Assembly: GCF_018350175.1 (NCBI RefSeq)
Contig: NC_058368.1
Coordinates: forward strand, 85,934,001 to 85,998,000
DNA: 64,000 nucleotides
Direction of reading: 5' to 3'
Source: Felis catus
Taxonomy: Eukaryota
Shown here: piece by piece, positions 26,639 through 37,648 of the stretch
How positions within the stretch are numbered: position 1 is the stretch's first letter
Layout of the letters: every line of letters begins with the position of its first letter
Translations under genes and position numbers: made by a program
The notes under the pieces: model-generated
Told to the model about the DNA's origin: nothing
Database searches by the model: none
What the model saw: the letters and a program-made list of their open reading frames with translations, nothing else

Positions 26639-29600
26639 GTAAGTCATTTATTACCTCCTTATATTTATCAGATTTAGCACAGTACCTAGAGCTCAGGGGT
26701 TTCTTCTTTTTTAAGCATAAATTTCCAAGGAAAACAGTCAGTAAAAATAGAAGGAAATAAATACCAATTAGGAATCTGGCATTGTGTATTCCCTTCCCCT
26801 TTGTCTTCATTAGCTTGTTCAAGTGTCCATGACCTCTGTTGGGTCATTGTGCTTATAAACCCTTGAGGTTTGCCAAGGTATCTTTGATTCTACAGAGAGG
26901 ACACGCTGGTTAATACCTGGGCAAAGTAGAAAAGCAAGGTCTGCAGCAAACCCACCAGGAATCCTGAACAAGCACATGGCACTACATTTCAAAGCAGAGC
27001 ACAGCCTGGTCCATAATCCAATTGTCTACTAAAGTTAGCTATTCTCACTTTGTGTTGGTTAGATTGCAGTGTCCCTCTTACTTGCTAATCTGCTTTCACT
27101 GGAATTGAGAAAAGGGAGCTTGTGTCAAATGCACCTGTGGAACCTTTTTTCTCTTCTGCATTTTCAAAACATCCTCATGTATTGAGGATTCTTTCTAGCC
27201 TCCTGACCCCCTCACATTTTAAAATCTTTTCTCATGTGCTGCAGATGAGTTTCCAAGGTATGAATTGGTGTTTGTATTACCGTCAGTGTATGCCCCCTTT
27301 AAAGTGTCAGGGAAAAAAGTTCGTCTCTCTATGCAAAGAATTCTTCTTGGCATGAGCGATGAAGACTGAGTCACTGTTTCAGGTTATTCCTGACTCTGGA
27401 TATATTCCGCACCCAAAGGCTCATGGATCCTGTCCCAGTCTCTTGAGGCACAGATCCCATGTGTAATCTCGATGAACTTTTTTGGGGGAATAGCCTATCA
27501 TGAGCTCCACACAATCAACAGGTGGAGGGGCATGGACTGATTTATTTCTTATACACAAGACCTGCTTCTTTTCCCCTCTTCTCTAGCTCTTATTTTCACC
27601 TATTGCTAAATATCATACCAAGTCAGGCAAGAAAGACTTGAGTAAAATCTGTTTCTTTAGAAATTCTTCCATACATGCTTTATTGAATGCATTATTATTT
27701 ATCTTGGTTTTACACAGAACTCTTATTTAAACAGAAAGGAGAGTAGTTTTTGTTTCCATTTAGAGGCAAACATCATAGAAAAATATACTCGATCAACTAA
27801 AATTTAGCAAACGATTTCCACATCATAAACATTTTGTTCAACTGGCCTACTTCTATAAGATTAGCTACCAGTTGAAACTATGTTGTGTTTGGTAACACTA
27901 TAAATTATAGGCTGTGAAACCAATTGTCATTTAAACAAAGTCACACTGTGGCATCTTTGTTGGAAGATTTCACCTGTGTTTAAATATTTGTTTTTAAGGT
28001 CCCAGGAAAGTATTGAGATATTCCTTTATGATGTTTTCTACTATGACTTCTATAATGCATGTCCATATCTCAATTTTGAACTTCTCCTGGGTTTCTGCTA
28101 ATTCTTGACTTCTTTGTTATTAAATAGTTATTAATGATAACTTGTACATTCTATGGTAAGATGACAACCAAAATATCACAGTCTAGTTTTGGTTCGTTGA
28201 AAGTCTTTACATTTTTCTGCATTATATGTCAAACTGTTAAATATGATTTGCATAAGCTTTGATATTCTGTATCCATATTTTATGTTTTTGTTTTGATTTT
28301 TGATTTTTTTTTTACCTTTTGACCTTGTTACTTAAGAGAGCGTTAGTTTTTTTTTTCTTTTTAAGATTTTTTAACGTTTATTTATTTTTGAGACAGAGAG
28401 AGACAGAGCATGAACGGGGGAGGGTCAGAGAGAGAGGGAGACACAGAATCTGAAACAGGCTCCAGGCTCTGAGCGGTCAGCACAGAGCCCGATGCGGGGC
28501 TCGAACTCATGGACCGCGAGATCATGACCTGAGCTGAAGTCGGACGCTTAACCGACTGAGCCACCCAGGCGCCCCAATTTTTTAATATTCATTTAATTTC
28601 ATTTGAGAGAAATCATAAGAGAGAAGGGGAGGGGCAGAGAAAGAGGGATAGAACGGATCTCAAGCAGGCTCTGTGCTGTGAGTGCAGAGCTATGGGAACT
28701 CTAACTCACAGACCGTGAGATCATGTCCTGAGCTGAAGTCCAGAGTCAGATGCTCAAGTGACTGAGCTGCCAAGGTGCCCTAGGCGCATGCTTCTTAGTG
28801 ATTTTATCTCTGTGTCTTTGTACTTGTTTTTCTCTATTCCTGAAATACTTTATTTCTGTGCTCATGTCACAATTAACTCTGCTTTCCCTGTGGGAACTTG
28901 GTGAACGATCACGACCACAGAGAGGGATCTGAGTACTTTATGGAATCCCACAGCCATGAGATCTCTCGTTACTGCTTTACATGGTGCTTTGTGCAGGTGA
29001 CAGGTCAGAGTTCTGTGTCCTCCTTTACTGAGAGAGCCTGATCCCTGCAGAGCTAAGGGCGGCCAGTCCACAAATATCTGTTGAGTGGAAGAAATGATTT
29101 TTATTCATATTTTTTTGTCATTTTCTGTTTGTTTTCCTCCTTGTTTATCTATATTATATAAGAAAAGAGAACAAGAGTTCTATTGCTATCCTGTTCGATG
29201 GCTTAAAGATCACATAATACCTAACTTGTACAGAATCACTTAGGTGAAAATTAATCTCTTACATTGACTTCTTCTCATATTTTTCTGAACCTCATGTCTT
29301 TGGACATACACCTCTGGACCAGGTGAAGCAAAGTGAAGAATCCTGTCCTGGAGCTGCCAGTAATGGGCTTGCCCAGGAGACTTCCAGTTAGGCTCTACGT
29401 GACATCAAGACAACCATGTGGAGGGTGGATTTCTTATCCCATGCAAGGATACAAATGGGGGTGGGAGTTGGGAGGAGGTACTGTCCAGGAAACATACTAT
29501 ATTATTGCTTACTTAAGACACTTCTCGGGGCGCCTGGGTGGCTCAAGTCCCTTGGGCATCTGACATCGACTCAGGTCCTGATCACAGGGTTTGTGAGTGG

Positions 29601-30601
29601 GAGCCCTGATTCAGGCTCTGTGCTGACAGGTTGGAGACTGTAGCCTGCTTCAGATTCTGTGTCCCTCTCCCTCTGCCCTTTCCTCGCTTGCACTCTCTCC
29701 TCTGCCTCTCTCTCTCCAAAATAAATAAACCTTTTTCTTTTTAAATAATGTAACTTCTCAAAACAGGCCTAGGGAAATCATTTGCTGACTCCTTGAAATA
29801 CCAAAAAAAAAAAAAAAGTTACTGTTTTGTGTTTGAGGGTAAAATCCATGAGGCATTCCATTTCACCCTATGTCTGCTGCCATGTAGAGTTTATTCTGGA
29901 GGACAAATCAGCATAAGTTCAGATTAATTTAAGATACAGTTGGGAGGTTTCCACAACTGATGACTAAACAGCCTATGGTTAGGACATTTTAAGGTGTGTA
30001 TCAGGAAACCACCTACCTGTTGCTCAAACTCCAAAACATATGTATTGAATTTTTTTGGTTGTTCACATTAAGGATTCATTACTTGAGCTGAGTATGGTAA
30101 AGATACCACCTTCTCAATGCAAGGTCGGTAAAACATACTGTCATTCTGAGAAAATCCTCTGTTCTCAGTATTTTTTTTTCCTTTTCCTTTTCTACTTATC
30201 AGTTTCCAGATATTATAAATGATCTTGTGCGAAAATAAGGTACTCAAGGACAGTTTCAGACTACCTTCTTATCTTGGAAATAATGGGTAAAATTTGTGGG
30301 TATTTGCACCTATTTTCCCTAATTTTTGGACCTCACCCAAAAGAGACCTTTTGTAATATTCTGTTTTATGTCTATATAAACACATATAAAAGCCAGATAG
30401 CTTTTTAGATTGTGTTATTTATTATTATTATTAATATTCAGTACATAAATTGCTCTTTCTATGTCAGAGAAATATACTGGATCGTCAGCTTTCTGGGTCT
30501 CAGTTTTCAAATGAGAACCAAGTTCCAGGACAGATTTTCCATTGACAGTGATAGGAGGACACTTTCTAACAGACTTTTGTTTTGTTTGTTTCTTTATATA
30601 G

Positions 30602-30622
30602 CAAAACTAGAAGAAGAGAACG
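30602..30622 (+). CDS. 21-nt heptad micro-exon B3: (A)KLEEEN
   Basis: Identical copy of 6246-6266 with intact splice sites. Confidence 0.82.
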
Positions 30623-31143
30623 GTACGTCCTATTTAGTTTTCAACATTCCACCCTTGATGTTCTTTCATTTTAATAAAACAACAAAATACAGACATTGCA
30701 TTTATGACCCAAACGCGTTTAGAAGCAGGTAATGTATCCTTCTGCTATTTTTTAAAACGTAACCTAAGTATTCCTAAGACAAGCAATGATGTAGGCCTAA
30801 ATGGAGAAGAATGGGATGTATCATGTGGTGAGTTCAGGGCTGGGACTCAGGTGTTAAATCTGCCCCATTCAGTGAGGGCAGTCATCCTTTCTGCATATAG
30901 TAATTAGCTACCTATTTCATAATCAGTTCTTTAGAAACACTGAGGAAAAAAGACTCTCTTTTGCTATGGAACTTGCTACCTTAGGACAGATGCAAATTCC
31001 ACATTCAAATAATAAAGGTAAAACAAATATGGAATATGTTATAGAAAAGGATTCATGATGCTATGAACACATAAAACAGTGTGGACTTATTCATGGGATT
31101 GTGGATTTGCTGAAAAGCAGCAATGAAGATGAGGCAAGTGGTA

Positions 31144-32180
31144 TTTCTTTAATATGAAATTTATTATCAAATTGGTTCCCATACAACACCCAGGAAATTC
31201 CTTGAGTTTCTTTTCAGGAAAATTCTTCTGTTTCATCATTTTGGGGTCCCTGTGGTAGCTCCAAACTACAGGGCACTTCCCCTGTGCTGTTCTAAGAAAC
31301 TTGTGTTGGTGGGTGGGGCCACAGCAAGACCTGATGCCTGCTGACAGACCACCGTGGGGGCCACAGTCAGACTGGTGTGTAGTTTATCTTCCCCTCTCCT
31401 AAGGCCCAGACTCACTGTGAAGTGATGTGGCCCCTGTCTGGGGTGCTTGCACAGTGCCAGGCATGTGGGGCTGCTTCCATGGGATCTGGCCAAGGGCATA
31501 TTAGACGGTGGATCTGCCAGTGCCCAGGGGTGAGAGGGTTCGGCTTAGGTAGATTTGCCTTAGGTGGTCCCCTGCTGGAGGAGCCCTGCAGCACAGGGAG
31601 GGAGGCAGGCCTGTTTGTTGGAAGGATGGATCCACAGAAGCACAGCTTTGGCATTTGCGAGGTGCAAGCAAGTTCAGTGATGGGAACAAGTTCCCTTTGT
31701 AATTTCACCTGGGGGATGGGAGAGGGAAATGGCGGTTGCCAACACCTTTGTTCCCCCACTGAGCTCTGTCCTTCTGGAGTTCAACAACTCTCCCTCCCAG
31801 CATCCTCTCGACCTCCCTACTCTCTAAGAGCAGAGCTATTGACTTTTCACATTCCAGATGTTAAGTCCCGTTGGCTGTCAGAATTCATGGAGTCTGGCCC
31901 CCCTGATTTTGCAAGCCAGACTTTGTGGGCTCTGCCTTGCATGATGGGCTGCCCCTCCACCACCTGTATCCCTCCCACCAGTCCATGTAGCATGCATCGT
32001 CTCTCTGCCTTTCTTACTCTCTTCAGTGGGCCTCTCGTCTAAGCTTGGCTCTGGAGTGTCCATTCTTCTAGTGTTCTGGCAGTGTTGTGGGTTATTTAGG
32101 CAGATGTGGGTGGAATCTTAGCGATCAGCAGGAAAAGATGAGCCCAGTGTCCTCCTATGTTGCCATCTTCCGAAGATGTC
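31144..32180 (-). mobile_element. Internally deleted LINE-1: ~50 bp of 3' end fused to ORF1 start and GC-rich 5'UTR
   Basis: Same 3' junction as the L1 at 6787 up to ...CAACACCCAG (31193). It then switches to ORF1-start-like sequence (TTCTGTTTCATCATTTTGG) and 5'UTR, ending near GCCATCTT at ~32169. Confidence 0.85.
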
Positions 32181-32564
32181 CCTAGATCTTCAAGGCTAGA
32201 GTTATTAAAGAGGGGAGGTATAGAGGTATGCTTTCAAGGCTAGAGGTATATTTCAAGGGGAGGAATAGTATGTGCAAAGCACAAAGCACAACATGCATTA
32301 AACTCTGGGGGGGTGGGGGAGGATGAGCCCAGGATACTATTAGAGGACACACTATTATCCAGGTGACTCTGGTTCAGACAACCCATACAAGGCTATATGT
32401 AGGCAATGGCTGGGAAATACAGTGTCATTTTCCTTTCTAAGAATTATGAATGCTGTCCAGGAAACATAATTTTGAACATAATCAAGAAAATCAGCAAAAC
32501 ATAGAAATGTTAAACAATAAAGTGGTGTAGTGACAATATTTTCTTTTCAAAAGTGTTATTCTTT

Positions 32565-32772
32565 TTTTTAACATTTATTTATTTTTGAGAGGCAGAGAGA
32601 GACAGAGTTTGAGCATGGGTTGGAGGCAGAGAGAGGCATAGAATCCAAACCAGACTCTAGGCTCTGAGCTGTTAGCACAGAGCCCAACTTGGGACTCAAA
32701 TGCATGAACCACAAGGTCATGATCTGAGCTAAAGCTGGATGCTTAACTGACTGAGCCACACAGGCACCACCC
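32565..32772 (-). mobile_element. CanSINE (shared with paralog at ~60885-61106)
   Basis: SINE consensus on the minus strand; AA(G/A)TGTTATT repeated on both flanks. Confidence 0.92.
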
Positions 32773-32902
32773 AAAATGTTATTTTTTGTTATTTACTTGG
32801 TAAGTAAAGTTTCTCTGTGAGGATAAAAATGTACATATATTAAAAAGAAAAGAAATGTAAACATATTTTAAATCAATCTCTCACTACATCCCATTCTTTC
32901 AG

Positions 32903-32929
32903 AAAGGATAAAACTCCTGGGAAAAGAAG
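32903..32929 (+). CDS. 27-nt phase-1 micro-exon C: (E)RIKLLGKE
   Basis: attctttcAG|AAAGGATAAAACTCCTGGGAAAAGAAG|GTGAGT. Length and splice sites conserved at 61311-61337. Confidence 0.85.
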
Positions 32930-33070
32930 GTGAGTAATGAAAATGACCACCTCCAACCCTGACTCATGCACTTTCCTTTTGATCACACATCTCCTTGCTG
33001 TTTTATTCACTGTTAAATCTTGGATTCAAATCTATACTAATTTATTTATTTATTTATTATTTATATTTAG

Positions 33071-33097
33071 GATTGAAGTATCTTCGACTGTATGCAG
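33071..33097 (+). CDS. 27-nt phase-1 micro-exon D preceding B30.2: (G)LKYLRLYA
   Basis: ttatatttAG|GATTGAAGTATCTTCGACTGTATGCAG|GTAACT. Has the size and xxRLYA-type ending typical of the penultimate exon of B30.2 genes, and splices in frame to 34814. Confidence 0.88.
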
Positions 33098-34329
33098 GTA
33101 ACTAAAGACTAGTATTTGGATATTGATTCTTACTTTTAGCAAGCACACTGTGTCACTCGAGCCTTAACACACTCACCAACTCACACAACACATACAAACT
33201 CATCCCTGTTTTTTTTTTTTTTTCTTCTATAAAATTTCTATTTTGTCATGCTTATTCTTGGGTAGTTCATAGCTACAACTCCTTACATATAGCAAATGGT
33301 GTTGCTCTCTGAGGTACAGTGATGGAAGGAAACAATATTAAAGCCCAAAATGATACTACCAAACATGCTGTTTGGAACCGGAAGTGAGTTGGGGGGCGTT
33401 ACCAGGTAGGTGACAGGGAATGGGGTAAGGACAGGCTGTCATTTAACTATGTTAGAATGGACGCTAGTAACACAATGACACTAATTGCCTATGGACCACA
33501 ATCAGTTGTCCTTCATGTAATTTGTTAAATGGAAAACTCCTACTTACCTAGGATATCTTTTGACTTCTAACAAATTGTCAAACTTATGAAGCTTATTGAA
33601 TATTAGGAAAAATAGCATTTTCATTACATTTTACATATTTGTATTATTTCAAATAAAATATTTTTATTTCATTTCCACACGTACACTGTGAAGAAGAAAA
33701 GTCAGATATTTATACACTATTCCACAAAGAAATGTATAAGTATTCTTAAGAGATTTCTCCAGTCTATATAACTAATTGACATAATCTTCACATTAATTAG
33801 ACAACTTTAGAAGTACATTTACCAATTGGAAAAAGTACAGTCTAGTTATCCAATGCTGCTTTGTAAAAATGTCCATTAACAATTGAGTTGCAATGTCTTT
33901 AAATGCACATAATACTATATTTACAGTGCTAATATGAGTCTTTAGTGATTTTTATATTATATGAATACTGGTAGAACTTTATTTGTGGTTATAGTAAATA
34001 AGTAAAATTTATTTTTGCCTACTGCTATGGCAATTCTTTCATAGCAAAAGTACTTTTAGCCTGTATTAACAGAATACAGGGTAATTGGGTAAATATCTGG
34101 ATCATTTTACCTCCGACTTGTGTGCTTATATGCTTTCACCATTTTACAAATTATTTTTAGATTCATGTATCTGAAAACTTGTACTCATGTGAAGGTACTT
34201 TTAGGAAAAGTAATTCATTAAATCTGCTTAAATTCCAAAGAATGATTTAGGGAAAATTTTAAATTGTCAAAGCATTTAGATTTCAAGCAAAAATAAATAA
34301 TTGTTTCTCATGAATTCATTAACTGAAAA

Positions 34330-34520
34330 AGACAGACCTGGGTGTGAATCCAAACATTGATGGATATTAGTAACCATAGTTGGACAAACTTCTCTAAATC
34401 TTTGTTGTCTCAACTACAAAATGAAAAAAAAAAATCTACAGCTCATTGATGTGTTATGAAAATTATTTATAAATGTGCTTCAAAGAGCCTGAGGCACATA
34501 GTAAGTGTTTGGTGAAACAC
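34330..34520 (+). mobile_element. MIR SINE remnant (paralog ~63540-63720)
   Basis: AGACCTGGGTGTGAATCC...TTGGACAAACTT...GGCACATAGTAAGTG resembles the MIR core. Confidence 0.6.
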
Positions 34521-34813
34521 TGGTCATATTCATAAATTATTTGACTAGAATATATCTGCATTTTTATATACTTATTTTTTCCCATTCTGCATAAATCCTC
34601 ATTTGAAAATGAGTTAAAATTTTTAACTTGAAAGTTAACTGTGTGATTTGATAAATGGAGGTGATATAAAGAGCATGAGTTGAGGGAATGTAGCAGCTAC
34701 ATTTGAAGAAATTAGAGAAAAATCCTAGATAGAGGAAGGACCCTTCTATATTGTGTTAATTATTCTTGATTATTATTGACTATAGCCAAGACTGACAACA
34801 TGTTCTTCCATAG

Positions 34814-35379
34814 AAAATGTTACCCTGGATCAAGACACAGCTCAACCAAATCTCCAAATTACTGAAGACAAGAGAAGGGTGAAGAGAGTCGATATCTTTT
34901 GGGAACTACTCAGAGAAAGGAATCCATTAAATAAGCTATTCCAGGTTTTAGGTCAGCAATTTTTCTTCAAAGGTAGACACTACTGGGAAGTGAGTGTGAA
35001 AAATAAATTAAACTGGACTCTAGGCATTTGTAAAGCTTCTGTCTACAGACAGGGAGAAATCATGCTGTCCCCAGAGACCGGATTCTGGACACTATGCTTT
35101 AAGAGAAGCAATGGCTACCAAGCTCTTGAAAATCCACAGATAACACTTGACCTTAAGGAATCTCCTGAGATTATTGGTATCTTTCTTGATTATGAGGCTG
35201 GGAGAGTCTCCTTTTATAATGTTACAAACCTGTCTCATATCTACACCTATAAAAACTGCTTCAGTGACCCCCTGAGACCATATTTCTGTCCTGGCCCCAA
35301 CGACCAAGGTGAAAATGAATATTCTCTGACCATCCTGCCATTAGGTAATATTAAAAAATCCAGAAGATGTTCTATTTGA
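34814..35379 (+). CDS. Terminal exon encoding a complete B30.2 (PRY-SPRY) domain, butyrophilin/ERMAP-like
   Basis: ttcttccatAG acceptor, phase 1: (E)NVTLDQDTAQPNLQITEDKRRV...GRHYWEV...WTLGICK...GIFLDYEAGRVSFYNVT...PLRPYF...TGA. The frame is uninterrupted and includes ORF 34879-35379. Confidence 0.95.
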
Positions 35380-35499
35380 CTGAGGAAAAAGTGCCTTACT
35401 TTAAATCAACTGAAGTTTGGGATTTATATATCTAATGTATAAATATTATATACAATATAATATATACAATTTTAGAATTCAAATGGTGTTCTTCCTTCA

Positions 35500-35505
35500 A
35501 ATAAA
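35500..35505 (+). promoter_or_regulatory. Candidate polyadenylation signal
   Basis: First AATAAA after the stop codon, ~120 nt downstream; the context is AT-rich, so specificity is low. Confidence 0.4.
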
Positions 35506-35549
35506 TCTAAAAAAAAACACTTTGATGTTATAAATTACACTTCTAAAAA

Positions 35550-35776
35550 TTTTTTTTCTTTTTTTTTAAATTTTTTAACATTCATTTATTTTTTGAGACA
35601 GAGAGAGAGAGAGCCAAGAAGCAGCAGAGAGAGAGAGGGAGACACAAAATCTGAAACAGCCTCCAGGCTCTGATCTGTCAGCACAGAACCCAACATGGGG
35701 TTCAAACCCATGAACCGTGAGATCATGACCTGAGCCAAAGTCCGGCCCTTAACCGACTGAGCCACCCAGACACCCC
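35550..35776 (-). mobile_element. CanSINE
   Basis: Poly-T, (GA)n, ending ...GACTGAGCCACCCAGACACCCC. Confidence 0.93.
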
Positions 35777-36277
35777 AATATACTTTTTATAATTTCAATC
35801 CCCTATATGCTTATTTGTTAATGGAAAATAATTACTTGATTTGAATTATATGCTGTAGAAATTACTCGATGACAATTCAAATCTACAGAACATAAATACA
35901 ATACCCAAATGAAGTACATAATTGTGTAAGTGGCGAAGGAAAGTCAATTTTCAGTTGATCCCCGATGAGTATGATTTCATCTTCATTCATAGTTTGAGAT
36001 GGAAGAAGATATGGGCTCTACTCTATCATCAGGAAATTCGCTGGAACTCATACTCTATTAATTTTGCCCAAACCTAAAGGACCATGATGACTTTGAAAAA
36101 GAGAGTTTTAACCTGTACTATGTATGGTACACTCCAATATGTATTTCAGTCACTAATTTCTTAACCATTTTGCCTTCATGTTGTTTTGAAGTTTCAATGA
36201 CCATAATCTCCAAATTAATTTAATATTACAGTATTACAGTTTCTTTGACTCATCTACTCAATAAATGCTTATTAGGT

Positions 36278-36312
<35 letters not shown>
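36278..36312. repeat. (TC)n(TA)n microsatellite
   Basis: Direct reading. Confidence 0.9.
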
Positions 36313-36314
<2 letters not shown>

Positions 36315-37344
36315 TCTAGATATCCATTATCTACAACACTGCAGATTGTCTACCTGTAACTGTAACTATGTTATCTGTTACTGACAATAAACAGGAAAAC
36401 ACTGACAAACAGTTATTAATTTCAAAATGTTGTGTAGTAAATCAAGGTATCCAGATATGGAATGATGGTGAGTGGATTCACCTTAATCTCATCATCAGGA
36501 AAACTTTCACTGGGAAAGTGATGCATAAAAGAGGAAATTTTGCACATGCATAGCTGGAAATTATTCAATTCAAACAATAGGCAAAATACAGAGAGAATGG
36601 GCCTGGGTGAGAAGGTAGAAGAAGATATATGGAGCTCAGATGAAGTTGGGACAGAATAGTTTGAAATTAGGCTGCAGAAGTAAGTAGCTGAAGCAACATG
36701 ACCAGGCTGAGCTGAAATTGATTTTCTTTCTACTTCTAAGAGATTATTTGGGTTAATTATAATAAAATATTTAATATATAAGTAAAGAAATGTTAAAATA
36801 AAATATTTGAGCAAAAACAAAATAAGAGAACTGTTCCAAATGAATACCAAATCTATCGTCATACAGTATTTTAAAGGAGGTGGCCTAAATTTGGTTACAT
36901 GAATGTAACTGCTCATGGCTTGGAACATTTATGGAGTCAAGAGAGAATGTGAAGATTTTAAGAACAATGTGTGGTTGTATTTTTAATTTCTGTCCCCTCA
37001 AAATATGGTTTTCTAACCCTCAATTAAAGCACATGGAAACAAAATTAAGAGATTAGTCTGTCTCATGAAATTTAAAGAACAAAGTGGACCTATATTTACC
37101 TTCTGCCTGGGATACTGAGAGTGAGAGAAGGGCCAGGAGCTATTCTATAGCATGATGGAGGAGTTCTGTGTTGTTTGACATGTACACTGACCATACGTGG
37201 GTGAGAGTCTCATGTTTCCTAAAGTCTAGAATATGGTCCATGCGTCCTCAAGGATGCTGCCTGCGAAAGTGAATACATATCAGTGGAAATTAAATTATGT
37301 ATCACAGGATGCTTGGTGCCTGAGGTGGGAATATTGAAAAGCTA

Positions 37345-37648
37345 GGGGTGCCTGGGTGGCTCAGTGGGTTGAGCGTCTGACCTCAGCTCAGTTCATGATC
37401 TCACAGTTAATGAGTTTGAGCCCCGCGTCGAGTTCTGTTCTGACAGCTCAAAGACTGGAGCCTGCTTCAGATTCTGTGTTTCCCTCTCTTTCTGTCTCTC
37501 CCTTGCTCCTGCTTTGTCTCTCTCTGTCTCAAAAATAAAGATAAACATAAAAAAAGAAAAAGAAAAAAAAAGCCAAAAAAACAGGCCTCAAAATAAAGAT
37601 AAGCATAAAAAAAGAAAAAGAAAAAGAAAAGCGAAAAAAACAGGCCTA
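37345..37648 (+). mobile_element. CanSINE with a ~60-bp tandem duplication of its tail and flank
   Basis: GGGGTGCCTGGGTGGCTCAG head; CTCAAAA(A)TAAAGATAA...AAAACAGGCCT occurs twice. Confidence 0.92.

Larger units (their letters stand above)
1..30783. repeat. Tandem segmental duplication, unit ~12,178 bp, ~2.5 copies in window (1/12180/24358); left end lies outside the window
   Basis: The same sequence recurs at offsets of 12178-12179, and ORF-track translations recur identically (e.g. 380/12559/24737, 6056/18234/30412). The only differences I noticed before 30784 are homopolymer lengths. Confidence 0.98.

Noticed and set aside
31422..32042. 206-aa ORF
   Set aside because: It lies antisense within a GC-rich L1 5'UTR and has no recognisable domain.
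34879..35379. Standalone 166-aa single-exon gene
   Set aside because: The start is an internal GTG; the frame extends upstream to a splice acceptor at 34813.
34814..35379. Assigning a gene symbol (ERMAP, BTN1A1 or a TRIM)
   Set aside because: Similarity is family-level only and no 5' exons are visible. The 21-nt heptad exons favour the butyrophilin family but do not fix orthology.
36422..36928. 168-aa minus-strand ORF
   Set aside because: AT-rich and low complexity with no domain; partly overlaps probable ancient repeat sequence.
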